From: Octopus vulgaris | Taxonomy: Eukaryota | Direction: 5' to 3' | NCBI GenBank assembly: GCA_951406725.2 | Contig: OX597825.1 | Coordinates: 46,996,001-47,060,000, forward strand | Length of the DNA stretch: 64,000 nucleotides | Shown: one piece after another, positions 12,770 to 27,099 of the stretch | Layout: each line of letters starts with the position of its first letter | Position numbering within the stretch: the stretch's first letter is position 1 | Notes under the pieces: model-generated | Seen by the model: the letters and a program-made list of their open reading frames with translations, nothing else | Databases searched by the model: none | What the model was told of the DNA's origin: nothing | Made by a program: the position numbers and the translations under genes

Positions 12770-14335
12770 GAATAGCTCTTCTAAGCACTGTTGGAAAGGC
12801 CTTTGCTCGCATTATCCTGTCTATGCTGCAACTGCTTGCTTCTCGAATTTATCCAGAATCGCAGTGCGGCTTTAGAAGAAGCAGATCAACTATTGACATG
12901 ATATTCTCCATACGCCAACTTCAGGAGAAGTCCAGAGAGCAGAAAATGCCATTATATATGCCCTTCATTGATCTGACAAAGGCCTTTGGCTTGGTAAGTA
13001 GAAAAGGCCTCTTCATCCTGCTCCAAAAAATCGGATGTCCACCAAAGCTGCTGATGATCATCAAATCTTTCCATGATGATATGCAAGGCACCATACAGCA
13101 CAATAGTTCAACATCAGCCGCCTTCCAAATCAAAAACGGGGTAAAGCAAGGTTGTGTCCTTGCTCCTACATTATTTGGCATCTTCTTCTCGCTCCTGCTG
13201 TCACATGTCGTTGAGACATCAGATGATGGAGTGTTTCTGCACAGTAGAAGTGACAGGAAACTGTTCAATCTCTCGCAACTGCGTGCCAAGACCAAAATCA
13301 GAAGCGTTCTGATCAAGGAGATGCTATTTGCTGATGATGCCGCTCTGGTATCACACACAGAAGAAGCCCTCCAAAGGCTCATCAACTGTTTTGAGCAAGC
13401 ATGTAACGAATTTGTCTTAGTTATCAGCCCCAAGAAGACCAACATCATGGGTCAGGCTACATCGGACATCCCAAACATACATATTGGAGACCACAGACTA
13501 CAAGATGTGGAGAAGTTTACCTATCTTGGATCTACCGTCACCTACAACCTACCCCTTGATGCTGAGCTCAATATACGCATTGGCAAGGCAGCTGCTGTGA
13601 TGGCCCAACTCTCCAAACGGGCATGGGACAACAATAAGCTGACCAAGACCACAAAAATGAAGATTTACCAGGCATGTCTAAATCTACTGTATGGAAGTGA
13701 GACATGGACGCCATACACACGCCAAGAGCGTCGCCTAAATATCTTTCCCCTGCGCTGCCTCCGGAAAATCCTTCGCATCAAATGGCAGAATCATGTCCCC
13801 AACAAAGATGTCCTCAAGCAAGCAGGAATACCAAGCATGTTTGCACTCCTCGTACAAAGACGTATGAAATGGCTTGGGCATGTTAGCCGTATGGAAGATG
13901 GCAGAATCCCCAAGGACATACTCAACAGAGAGGTTGCTAGGGGCACTAGGTCTGTGGGAAGACCGTTCTTAGATACAAGGATGTTTGCAAAAGGGACATG
14001 AATGCCTGCAACATCAATATTAGTAGCTGGGAAGCAGTTGCCAGCAACCGTGGAGTTTGGCGACGTATCGTAAAAGAGGAAACACAAAGGAGTGATATAG
14101 AGAGGGAGGAGAAATGGAAAGACAAGGAAAGACGTCAACAAGAAACTATAACATTACAACCAGCCAGGCAAAGTCTTCGCTACATTTGCGGCACCTGCCA
14201 GAGGGAGTGTTTGTCCAGGATAGGACTACACAGCCAGAGCAGGAGATGTATTAGGACATGAAATGTAAAAGCTGGACTAGATTATTTTATGCACAACTCC
14301 ATTGTCTCCCGAGACAAAAAGGATGCCAACAACAA
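12770..14335 (+). mobile_element. RTE-clade (BovB-like) LINE, 5'-truncated
   Basis: 392-aa ORF 12823-14001 with PESQCGFR, FIDLTKAF, GVKQGCVLAPTLF, LFADD, YLGS, WLGHV. Frameshifted C-terminal CxxCxRxCxSRIGLxS; short (CAA)n tail at ~14327. Confidence 0.95.
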
Positions 14336-14394
14336 TATATATGGATTTCATAGACAGGAACTGAAACAAACCAATCATATATATATGTAAGTCT

Positions 14395-14535
14395 ATGTGT
14401 GTGTCTTTGTGTTTCTCATCACTGCTTCACAACTGCTATTCATTTATTTACATCCATATAACTTACTGGTTTCACAAGAACAAACTAATAGAATAAGTAC
14501 CAGGCTTATCAACATAAAAAAAGCACTAGGCTGAG
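14395..14535 (+). mobile_element. Degenerate SINE body fragment
   Basis: ATAGAATAAGTACCAGGCTT core is similar to other SINE copies in the window. Confidence 0.4.
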
Positions 14536-14593
14536 TCTCATATTTTTGTTTGCCCACTCATTATCTATCAATTTATCTTTGTATATGTGTTTG

Positions 14594-14784
<191 letters not shown>

Positions 14785-15369
14785 ATAACACCCAATTGGA
14801 AATCCAATTGCTATAGATTCGTAATGCATCTTACGGCTATGCCTGTCACCGAATGGTGAGGAATCCTACATTGGGAGTGGTAACGACTAGGGTAGGGTAA
14901 CTGACTGCTTATTGTGATCATTCGTCTTTTGGTTTCCTGTAGCTTTGCTCTCTTTTACAAACATATATTTCCTATTTCAAAGAAATTCAAACAATAGATA
15001 TAAGACCCAAGTTAAAAAGATTCTCAACAATTCAATTTCTCTGGTTGACATTAAGATGCCCACCCCCAAAAGGGACCTTAACTCTCACATTTTAGAGCTC
15101 CATGACCTTCATTTTTCAGGAGCAAAATCTTTTTAACAGGTTCAATAAGACTGGAATTTTGGAATATGCGCATAAAAATCAGTAATATGGGATACATGTG
15201 GCACGATTACAATTTTTTGGGGGTATGTAAAGAGGGAAATAACCCTCAACTGCAATTTTGATGAAATTCGAAACATAGATATTCCAGTTCATTACAGAAA
15301 ATATAACAGAAAAGTATAATTCTTCAATTGAATGTAACAAGGCATCGCCGGGTATCTCTGCTAGTGAAT

Positions 15370-16457
15370 TTATAAAGTTTCTGTACTTTTTACGTAACAC
15401 CACCTCCATCTTGCAGCCCGTGGACCAACAGGTCATTTCTAATTTTAAGAAATTGTACACCAAGCACCTGTTTTATCGGTGCTTTGAAGTTACCATAAAT
15501 ACAAATCTAACTCTTCCTGAACTTGGAAGGAGCACTAGAACATTGTAAACTGCCTGAAAATCATCGATATGTCCTGGCAGGCTGTAATGAGAAGAACGCT
15601 GAATTCTGCATGGAGGAAACTGTAGCCTGAATGCGTATCCGAAAGAGACTTCGAGGGGTTTGAGTCTGAGATACCTGTAGTCGAAGAGATTATGTCTCTT
15701 GACAAGTCCATGAGTTTGAGGTTGAATGACATATTAACGATATCGTCGAAAAACATTCAAAGGAGCTAACGATAAATGAACTCCAGCAGCTTCAGGAACA
15801 GCAGCATTTAGATGTGGTGGAAGAGGACAGTGTAGCGGGGAATGTTATCTCTACGAGTGACATAAAGGCAGTGTTGGCAAAGTGGCAGTATGTTTCTGAA
15901 TTTGTAGAAAAATATCATCCTGAAAAAGTAGCTACAGGTCGGGCAGCTGCTTTATTTAATGACACTGCTCTGGTGTATTTTCGTAACATTTTGGAAAACA
16001 GACTTCTCTTGATATGCCTCTAATGAAACGACATGTAAGTGTAAAAAGTGGAGAAAGTGTGTCAAAAAAGCCTAAATTAAGCCAAATGACAGAGAAAAAA
16101 ACAAGAAATTGTTCTTCCTGAAGTCTTAATGGAAGGCGAAACCCCTTCCAAACAGTAATTCTCCTCCTTCCCTCTCCTTCGCCACCTCGCGCACAAATCT
16201 TTATGGTAATTCAGTTAATAAAACCAGTTTACATATTTTTTTCCATTTTTTTAATAATTGTCATTTTACTTGTAACTATACCGTTTCTGTTTTAAAACCC
16301 ATAAAAATGTTTTGGGTGGTTTGGGGTGGGGTGGGGCTAGAACGGATTAATTGTATTTTAGTTAATTTCAATGGGAAACTTGATTTGTAAAACGAGTAAA
16401 TCGTAAAACGAGTTCGGTCATGGAACGAATTAAACTTCTACTGCGAGTATCACTGTA
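15370..16457 (+). mobile_element. Tigger/pogo DNA transposon, 3' portion
   Basis: NTTSILQPVDQQVISNFKKLY (DDE_1 motif) followed by a broken frame. The right end ...CGAGTATCACTG+TA resembles a Tigger TIR plus TA target. Confidence 0.8.
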
Positions 16458-16622
16458 TTATATTGATGTAATCCAACATCGGACTGTTATAACGTCCACT
16501 TCGGTATAGCAGTAGAGACACGACTATCTATGACCGACGTCGCTGACTTCTCGACGACCCGACTTCCTACGTCACAGTATTTGTAAGACAAGCACAAACC
16601 ACTCGTCATGTGGGAGGGGTGT

Positions 16623-17183
<561 letters not shown>

Positions 17184-17250
<67 letters not shown>

Positions 17251-17283
17251 GTAATTATTATTATTATTATTATTATTATTATT
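17184..17283. repeat. (AAT)n/(TTA)n junction between two tail-to-tail R4 elements
   Basis: Direct reading. Confidence 0.9.
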
Positions 17284-18405
17284 TTCCTTCTTTCTTCAAA
17301 TTTTCTTCCGTTTCTCGCCGGGTGTTTTCCCTACACCGAGGGCAGAAAAGCTCATTGTATGCATTCCCAGATTACACACGCAAATTCACACGTAAAATAT
17401 GTATTTAAAAATTAATAAATAAATAAATTCATGGATGGATGTTGTTTTCACAGCGATAATGCTCTTCTCAGTACATGAGCCGTTCAAGTTAATACGATTT
17501 TTTGCACTTCCTGTAGGGATGGTAAGCCTGGTATCATTTTCAAATAGGTTTCAGTACCTTTTTTTTATCATTCCTAGAGATCCTGCAATCACTGGTACTG
17601 TACTCGCCTTGAGATGCCATATTTTTTCAATTTCTATTAGCAAGTCTTTATATTTACTGATCTTGTCAAATTCTTTCGCCGCTATATTGTGATCGCAAGG
17701 AATACTCATGTCAAATAATAAACGCATCTTTTTTGTCTGATCTTTTATAATAATATCGGTTTATTAGCTTTCTTTGTTTTTTCGGTCTGCACGGGGAAGT
17801 CCCATATAATCGACACATTTTCTCCCTTAGTCACAGCTTCAGGATGGTGTTTATACCATTTGTTAGCGGTTTTGATTTTATAATACCGACATTTTGTCCA
17901 ATGTAAATACTGGCCGACTCTGTCATGTCTTGCTTTATATTCTAACATTTGCTAATCTGTTTTCATCCAGGTTTGGTCTGCTAGCTGGAATCCGGCTCCT
18001 CTAAATTCTGTAGGAGTTTGTGGTGTGTTTCTCTTGGGTTGGCCTACTTAATGCAAAGTAATAAGCATATATTACTTCTTTATATTCTTCCCGGTTCCAT
18101 TTAGTTCTTTTACTTTTTTGATTTTCTGGTCGTGGTGGTGGTGAAATTTGGGGGCTTAATTTGGGACAAATCCCGTTTAAGTAACCTTCCAGGTTCGCAT
18201 TCGGGGAAGATATTCTGCCATTTGAACATTTTTTGCCATCAGGCTGGCAGCAAACTGTCGGGCGCGCTTCCTATAAAACCATTTGACAAGCGATTCGGTG
18301 TAGTGTTTGAAATTTTCTTTTCAAATAAGGTTAAATTATTATCAAATTTTCATTAAAAAACATATTTATCTATTTTAACCACTAATCTTCATACAGGGGC
18401 CTCAT
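17284..18405 (-). mobile_element. Internally deleted R4/Dong-type element
   Basis: Minus strand: 5' region, N-terminal KRTKWNREEYKEVICxYY motif (~18120-18050), jumping to EYKARHDRVGQYLHW...WDFP...KPDII (RLE) and a 3' UTR. TAA repeats on both sides; no RT. Confidence 0.8.
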
Positions 18406-18439
18406 TTATTGTTGTTGTTATTATTATTATTATTATTAT

Positions 18440-19300
18440 CCCAATAACATCTTCCCTTTTAAAGTTTTCTTCTCATGGATTGTAATTTTATTTATTTTTT
18501 TTAACATGGCCGCAGCCTTCGGGCTAAAACATTTTAAAGGATTTTAAGGATTTAATGATATTTACATCACCTCACCACCCTTGTTTTTTTTCAGTTACAA
18601 ATATTTACTCCATATAATTTCTTCTTCTTTTGTTTGCGGATCTGGGTTCAATTATTTGTAGTTGCGTTGGTACTTGAAAAGTATCATTGGTTTTTCCATT
18701 CTCTTGGGTTCGCTCTGAACGAATCGTTCTTAGCTGATTTATGTGTCTTGTATACCAATTTTTTTTTTCCTATTACCAAATATAGCATTTTTTCTAGGCT
18801 TTTGGTAATTATTCCGTCCTTCCAACTTTGTTTTCCGTTCTTATATGCCGTAACAAATACATTGACATCAATTTTGAAATATTATGCAATTTTTCTTTTC
18901 TCACCAAGTAACAGTTTGTCGAAGACTGATTTTATTGACATACCTGGTGACATACCTGCTGGTGTGTTTGGATTCGGGGTCACTCAGAATACACTTGGGA
19001 ATTGTTGTAGAGCAACCTCATCTGAGACTTCCTTATTCGCCGTTCTTAGGGCTCTGTTGAACGTAACGACAAAGCGTTCTGCTTGTCTGTTAGATCTGGA
19101 TGTACAAGTTATTTGGCGAAAAAGAAAAAAAAGAACGCCACACAGAATTTTACTCCAAAGAAGTTTTCAAAAAATTCTCAGTTCACCGTTATGGCAATGA
19201 GAACACAATATTTTTGCTCGCTAGAGCGAGCCATAATTTAAAGCCGCCAAGGCAGACAAAATCGCCCCAAAGCCAGGCAGAAACCTACTGAAAAAAGAAA
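18440..19300 (-). mobile_element. Gypsy (Mag-like) integrase fragment with PPT and start of 3' LTR
   Basis: Minus strand: RSNRQAERFVVTFNRAL, TPNPNTP, IKSVFDKL, WKDGII. PPT AAAAGGGAAGA + TGTTATTG at ~18460-18442. Confidence 0.75.
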
Positions 19301-20342
19301 ACGCACAGTAAATTCTTACTCAGCTCGGAGGTCAAAAATCGACTAACCGTGACAATTTTTCTTTTTGTTCTTTTTTCTATTCACGGAGCCAAAAGTAGCA
19401 TCTTCTCTCTGTAAGCACCAGGCCAACCAGCGTTGATATATATATATATAGATATATATATAGGCAGGCATGATGTTGTTATGTATATATACACGTATGA
19501 TTTTTTTCAGTTAATCGTAATGTGTTACGTAAATTTGACAGCAGATCAAATTTTTGAAATCACCAAATTAGAGACATTTACAGCACACTGACGCAACAGA
19601 ACATAGAAACTAAATGCTGAAATCTTCTTGAATAAAACCAACTTCATTTTGAAATTACACCCAGAAAGTTGACAACAATCTCGCTATTATTTAGTATGTG
19701 CAAATAGGTATTGACATTTTCTTTGAAATCTTTTTACACTTGTTGAACGAGAATTCAAAGTGAAAGTTCTAACAAAAATAGCTTTCCAGTCAGCATTATA
19801 TTCTGTATTATACAATCGTTCGTCTGTAGTGTGTTGTGTGTAAAATATTAATGAACATTTGATAGTGCGTATATTTCTGACGTAAATATATTTGTATCAG
19901 CATTAAATAGACGCATTAAAGCAACTATGAATTGCACTTCATAAATATCAAGCGGTAGAAATTAAATTTAGTGAGAATATTTAAAATTCAATCCTTTGAA
20001 GTATCGAAAAAGGTTATTTTTTAAATTACTTTATGATTTCTTTATATCATCTGTTTTCATTTTTACCAAGCTTCCAAATGATTTCTTAGTAATTCAGGTT
20101 TAAATTGCACCTATGATATTTAAAAAAAATTCAATAGATTTAAAAGGATTATTACTTTTCATTTAGGATAATGTCGAATTTATTATAGAAACTAAGCAAA
20201 TCTCCATTCATAGGAAGACAACATAAGATTGTCGGGATGGATGAAGAAAACTGTAGCTGTTGCTCTGAATATGAAGGTTTAAAATATCTTCTACATTACT
20301 CTTATTTCAACAACTTTTCTCATTGTTTTCTAATTAGATAAT

Positions 20343-20415
<73 letters not shown>

Positions 20416-20447
20416 CACAGACACACACACATATATATATACGCACA

Positions 20448-20720
20448 TGCAAGGTGTGATGGGTAAATTGTCGCCACATTATGTTTGTAATTTCGTGCAC
20501 GCGCATTGTTTGCTTTTTATTTTGTCGACTATACAGTATAGTAGGGTTAGTTGGACACCGTCTGTGAGATAACACTATGACGCAGTTCACTCTGCCAGAA
20601 ATTTGGGAACAACGTGCTGTACTCCTTGGCATTCACGTCAGATTATTTCAGAGTGTTTATATGTCAATCGGTTTTACCAACAACATCACAGTTTCAACTG
20701 AAATTTTCAGTTACAACTGT
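20448..20720 (+). mobile_element. Possible Tc1/mariner 5' end fragment
   Basis: CA-started TIR-like sequence followed by ATG and an HTH-like start (MTQFTLPEIWEQRAVLLGI). No DDE motifs present. Confidence 0.3.
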
Positions 20721-20957
20721 GATGTTGTTGGTAAAACATGTTCTTTGTCTATCTCCTTATCCTCTTGGAGATTTTGGGTAAAATTATACTAATGTGTCCT
20801 TCTAATTTAATTAAATTCTATGTCTTTGCGCAGCTGAAAATTGCTCTACATTTTAAATTGATGTAATGAAATGAATGCATTGTTTAATTAAATGGAGTTG
20901 CATGAAACGATCGTACTGCATTACCTGTGGATATCCTTGTTGCTTATTTTGATCTTT

Positions 20958-21023
<66 letters not shown>

Positions 21024-22404
21024 GGAAGAGAGAGCGAGCGATAGAAAGAGAGAGGGACACAATTTTGTGTGCATAAGTGTGTGTGTATGCGCGTGCGTGT
21101 GAGTGCGCGCGTGTATGGTTGAATGTATAAATATATGTTATGCATATTTTTAATAATTAATGTCCGAAACCTGTTTGACCACTTAAGACAACCTTCCTAG
21201 CTATGTATTATCTGTAGGATTAACTGTGATCATAAAAAGCAACGTGTATATCTTTATTGATTTTGATGTGACATGTTACCAGTGACATAATATTTATTTC
21301 CGGAGAGAAATATATGAGAATAGATTTATTATTTTGATGAGGTAATATAAGTGACAATGTTTTAAAAGGACCAAGTGACACAAATTACTGTCTAATACAG
21401 CGGTCCTTGTACTGTCAATAACATCCTATATATATTTGATATACGTAGTTTTATTGATTGAATACACAATATGTTATACATTGCTATGAAAAATGTTTTG
21501 CAGATTTTATTAAAATTTCTTGGATTTTAGCGCCATATCGCTCCATAGACTCGTTACAGTGGTTCTATACCCAAATACACTTTTAAACATACATTCTTGT
21601 CGCAATTAAGAGTTATATTACACGTTTAATTACAAATGATATATGACAGTTTGAGTATTCAATTAATATGGTATTCATAAGGCAATCAGATAACTCATAC
21701 ATAATTAAATCTTTAAATCTCATATCAGTTTAACTCAAAGCTATGAAGTAGTAGAAATAGTAACCTGCTCCAGCTTTGTCTTTCATCGTCCAGAGTTTGA
21801 TAAAATTAAGAAGCATTAGTTTCCATGCAATCGAATATAGTTTCCCGTTATCTGTATATGCGATTTAACGAAAGAAATGACATTTAAATTACAATACTAA
21901 ATTCTAGTCTAATTTGCATTTGAAATGTATTCAAATTTTGGTTGTTGTAAAATTTCCCCGTTTTAAGTCTCATCTTTGCTTCCGCTACATTATTCGGTGC
22001 ATAATTTTAAAGTTATATAATAAGTATAATAAGTACATAGTTAATAAATAATAATATATACGTATATTCTTAAAAATTCTTGAGCTAAAAGATTAAGAAA
22101 AAATGAAAGACAAAAAAAAAAAAGTGCGGGCACGTGAATAGAATGAAATACTGTTTGATTAAACATTCTGAAAAACAATGCTACGTTCTCTAATCATTAT
22201 AAAATATTTCTGAATATCATTATCCTAAGTAAAATTGAAGGAAGCACAAACAATACTTTTATTTTCCTTCCCTTCCTCCTTATTATTAATCAAGTTTTGG
22301 TGGGGAGGCAATGTAATCGGCCAATTCCCTCTAAAATTACTGGCCTTTGCACAAAAATTTAATTTTGTGATAAAATTGTAATCGTAATCATCATCATCAT
22401 CATC

Positions 22405-25200
22405 ATTTTTTGTTACTCCATATTTCACTTCTCAAAGCTCTCGATTTCACTTGCTCCAGCATACAGGGTCTGTTTCCACGATATTTATCATCCAATTACC
22501 AGTGTCAAAATCCTCGCTGTCCACAGTAAAGCATGTTCTACCCTCACGTTACTCCCAATTTCACCAGCAAATTTCATAAACCAAGTTGTTGTTCCCAGTG
22601 TCCCCAAAACTACTTGGATGACTTACTTTTCTTATTGCTCACATTCGTGCCATTGTGTCTTTTGCTGGCTGGCAGGTGTTTTTCAATGTTTTCCAGTTTT
22701 TGGTCATCCACTCGTACACCACAGATATGGCAATATCTATGATCTTGGTCTCCTTCAACATTTTGTTAACTACAATAATGTCTGGTTCTAGAACAACAGT
22801 CACTGAATCACTGGGAATTGTAATATCCAGCTTGTATTCATTTCAAGGAAGTCATGCATACAAATAGATATTTCTCTCATCAACTTCCATATCAGGCGTA
22901 AATAGGATATTGGCTGGTAATTATCCACTGCATTACTTTTACCAGGGTTCTTTTGGCAAATAACGGTTTTCCCTTTAGTCATCCACTTCTGGATTTCCAC
23001 TCTGTTACTGACCACTTTATCAATTTGCATATCTAATCTTTCGTGTGATGCTGGGAAAGTTTTCCGCCAGTACACTTATACCCCGTCCGGGCTCGGGAAT
23101 TTCCAGTTTAGAACCTTTATTGTCTACTCGTTCACCAATTCAGGTGTTACTCTTATAGCATTCTGTTTCACTCCATTTTTCTCCGATCTTAATTTCTTCA
23201 AATATTCAGCATCTTTCTTATGGCTCTTTCCGTTAACTCAGATATTACTCCAAAACATCCTACTTTCTTCAGCATCAAGTTTCCCACTACGGTTAACGTT
23301 TCTGTTTAGCTGCTGATAAAACTTTTTCTGATCCCGTTGGAACACTCTATTGATTTTATATTGTGCAATTCTTTGATCATACCTCTCTTAATTTTTGTAG
23401 CTTTAGCTACAATTTGTTTCAGCTATTTAAGAACTACATTTAACCCCTTTTTCACGATCCTATATCTACGTTCTAACTCCAGATATTTCTCCTTCTTCCT
23501 TATTTTACGTTGCTTCCATCTCTGCAGATTATTGATATGTTTTCATAGTTACTTCCTATCCTCCTTTTCCACCAAAGCTCTTATGCTACATATTCTCTTT
23601 TACAGTATGATTCAAGACATGATTTCAGTATTTTATTCACTTTCCAAGTTCACCTTCTGAGCAAATTCTATCCACTTTTTTAAAATCCTTTACTTCCACA
23701 TTTATAATTTTCTCAACGACACCTGTGATATCTTTGGTCATTCCTCTGACTTCATCGCTTAAAATCTTGGCATTCTCAAGAATTAAACCAACATCATTCT
23801 CGTGAACAACTTCATTCAATACAACCAGAGGCACAATCAGTGCGTGACCTGGGTATTCACATGAGTGATGACGCGACCTTTCACGTACATGTTGCTAAAC
23901 TGACAATGAAATGTAGACGGCTGGCTGGCTGGATTCTTAGAACCTTTAGAACAAGAGAACAAGAAACCATGATGGTCCTCTGGAAGACAATTGTCCTAAG
24001 CCACTTTGACTATTGCTCTCAGCTATGGTCACCATCCAGTGTCAAGTTGATCACAGAACTTGAGGCGATCCAACGAAGCTACACGAAGAAGATAGCCTCT
24101 GTGCAGCATATGAGCTACTGGGAGAGACTCAAGAGATTAAAGCTCTATTCCCTGGAGCGTAGGCGAGAAAGATATGCCATAATATATATCTGGAAGATCC
24201 TGGAAGGTCTTGTCCCAGACTTTGGCATCGAGAGTCACACAAATGCCAGAACCGGACGCCACTGCGTAGTACCAAGGACTCCAAATTTGCCATCAAGATG
24301 TAGGACAAGATATTGTGATAGCCTGGGCTTCAGAGGCCCACGGCTCTTCAATATCCTCCCGAAGAACCTGAGGGACCTGCATGGTGTAGATGCGGATGTC
24401 TTTAAAGTAGGACTGGATCTCTTCCTGTCAGGTGTCCCGGATGAACCAACTTCACGGCAGGAGGTGCAGATGAGGGCAGCTGCATCAAACTCTCTCATGC
24501 ATCAGATGGCGTTTGCTAAAAAGCATCCGTGAGGTAAAACCGTGTAGCAAACCAAATGGCGGTGCCCCAGCATGGCCACAGCTCATTAGCTGAAACTGGA
24601 AAAATCAAAATCAAAATCATATCAATATTCGCTGCAGCTAATTCATCTTCACTCACTTTGTTTTCAATCGTCTTTCTCTTCTTAATCCCATCAAGCTTTA
24701 ATGCTTTTAACCATCCGCTCTTCTTTATCATACTTATCTGGTCACATAATCTCTGTACTGTAAATTTCAAGCATTGCATCTCCATCCAGATATCATAATT
24801 CTCTTTTTATATCTTCTTATGGGCCTCTCTTCACCATCAACGTGTCTGCTCAAGAAAAAAGATAAAATAAGATTCCATGACAGCTATATTCTTCGCCTTA
24901 GACTATCCTGTTCAGGCGTGAATCCGTCACCTGGAGTTCCATCCTCATTTACGCTGTGCTGTTGTTTAAATTAATTATTTTATGCAATACTTTCATACTG
25001 AGGAAAGTAGGGATAAGGTATTTCAACCACCAGTATTTTTATTGAGACACCGTCTCTAGAAGGGTTCGCCTTTAAAGTCTCAAAAAGCTCCCTCTACCTT
25101 TAAAATAGTGTGCTATCCTGCGCTTGACATCAAAGCTGTACTTTGAGCTCCGCAGTTAGAGAAAAGAAGAGAAATGAATAAGATAGAGTTTATTTTGTCT
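22405..25200 (-). mobile_element. Decayed R4/Dong-type element with RT core deleted and a nested CR1 insertion
   Basis: Minus strand: QRLCDQISMIKKSGWL (N-terminal), PSPDGV.VYW, WMTKGKTV..QK, NYQPISYL, then directly EPDIIVV..KIIDIAI (RLE). Flanked by (GAT)n and (AAT)n on its sense strand. Confidence 0.8.
23822..24618 (+). mobile_element. Young 5'-truncated CR1/L2-group LINE
   Basis: Uninterrupted 230-aa ORF (RDLGI..., SYWERLKRLKLYSLERRRERY), 3' UTR, (AAAATC)3 tail, approximate TSD TCATTCAATA / TCATATCAATA. Confidence 0.92.
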
Positions 25201-25221
25201 GTCTCATTATTATTGTTGTTG

Positions 25222-25304
<83 letters not shown>

Positions 25305-25400
25305 GAGTGAGAGAGCAATGCATGTCATCAAAGAGACACTGGGATACAAATATACGAAGCCCAATATACCCATCATGACTACATGCCTGATAAGGGTACA
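25305..25400 (-). mobile_element. 3' end of the ~550-bp TAA-associated non-autonomous element
   Basis: Reverse complement of the last ~95 bp of 34411-34963, abutting (TTA)n at 25208-25304. Confidence 0.85.
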
Positions 25401-25409
25401 GTACGTTTG

Positions 25410-26850
25410 ATTCACCTGCCATCATTGAAAGACGTTAAAAACTCTTCTCAAATTCTGTGCAGTATTTACTATAAGTATTTCAGTAATTGACCACTTAATG
25501 ATATTGAAACTGTAAGTCACGACTGGTATGGCTAGAAAAATTGATCGCTTCGATCCTGTTTCTTGCATTCAGCTCTGTCTCGAGTATTGCTCTTATCCTG
25601 CGATAACCTTCTCTTCTGATCCTTTCCCACATCACTGAATGTTTGATTCTGTCCCCTTCAAATACCCCTAGGTATTTGTAGTTCTCTGCCGGTTCTAACT
25701 CCTTTATAACATTCTGCTGGTCAAGGTTAGATGTTTCTGTCATTTTTCTTTTTATTAAGGTAGCTTTTGCACATTTATCGTGGCGAAATTGCATCCTGAT
25801 GTCATCACTGAATTGTTTAACAGTCGCTAGTAAGCCCTGTAGTTGTTGGTCATTTTTTGCAAAGAGTTTTAAATCATCCATGTAAATAAGATTATTTATA
25901 TTTTTATCATACATTTTATAACCGTATTGTACATCATTGAGCAATTTCGAGAGAGGTATTAAGGCTAAACAAAAGAGGAGTAGTGATAGAGAGTCATCCT
26001 GGAAAATTCCACATGAGGTTCTTACATCTCAAGCATTAAGAGATACATTGTCTCTGTTCAAAGTCAGTGTGGTTCTCCATGATCTCATACTTACAGACAA
26101 GAAGTTTCGCAGAGTTGGTGCTATTTTATACATTTGCAGACATTTCTTAATCCAGTTATGTAGTAGACTATCAAAAGCTTTTTATAGTCTATCCAGGATT
26201 TCGACAAGTTTTTGTGTCGTTTGTGACAATCTTCCAAGATCATCTTATTGATGAGTAGCTGGTCTTTACAACCATAGGACCCACATTTACATCCTTTTTG
26301 CTCATTAGGGAATATGCCACTTTCTATTAAAAACTATAGGTATATTCAGTCAAGACAGATGTTAGTATTTTATACATTGTTGTTAAGCTAGTTATGGGTC
26401 TATAATTTTTTGGTTCATTAGTTTATTCATTTTTTGGAAGTTGGAATGTAACACCATTAACTAGCCAAGAGGGAACCTACTAGGTTGTTGCAAAACATTG
26501 TTGTAAAGATGTGTTTGAAGTTTATGACTCTCTGGGTAGGCGTTCAATCAGAAGTTAGGAATTTTATCATTTCCTGGAGACTTCCATTTGCTTGACTTTC
26601 TGAGAGCAGATCTTACATCCTCTACCTTGAGTCTAAGATTTTCTAGTAATCTAAGGGGCGTTTTCACTGTGTGATTTCTTCTGTTCAAATTTTATTCCCA
26701 AATTCCTGTACTTCTTCTTTTGATGGGATAGACTTTACTATAACTGGTATTTTTCCTATCTTCCTGTAAAACATTTTTGTGGTTATTTTTGAACATCTTT
26801 TTCTCCTTGAAGAATCTAGCGCACTTTTGATGTCATTCCATCAATGTGTG
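25410..26850 (-). mobile_element. R4/Dong-type RT fragment
   Basis: Minus strand: GIFQDDSLSLLLFCLAL, IYMDDLKLFAKN, YKYLGV, ELNARNRIEAIN. Confidence 0.9.
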
Positions 26851-27099
26851 GATACTTGCTCTAGTTCATATTTTGGATTTGAATTTCTATAATTTTGAAT
26901 TTTGTATTACTTTTCATTTTGAACTCGATAAAAACAGACCTGCTGTCGAAACCAATAAAATATCCTTTTCAATCGCATCCCGCTTTTTATATCGTTTATT
27001 TACTTTTGTGAAGAGTTACGTCAATCCTTTTTAAAATATCAAAACCAAATAGATTGAGTTGATTGATTTTATGTTACAGCGAATAAGTATTGGAACATT

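Noticed and set aside
12823-14001. Longest complex ORF as a host or domesticated gene
   Set aside because: 5'-truncated RTE reverse transcriptase with a frameshifted C-terminus and a retrotransposon tail.
18634-19200. 188-aa plus-strand hydrophobic ORF
   Set aside because: Antisense shadow of the Gypsy integrase fragment on the minus strand.
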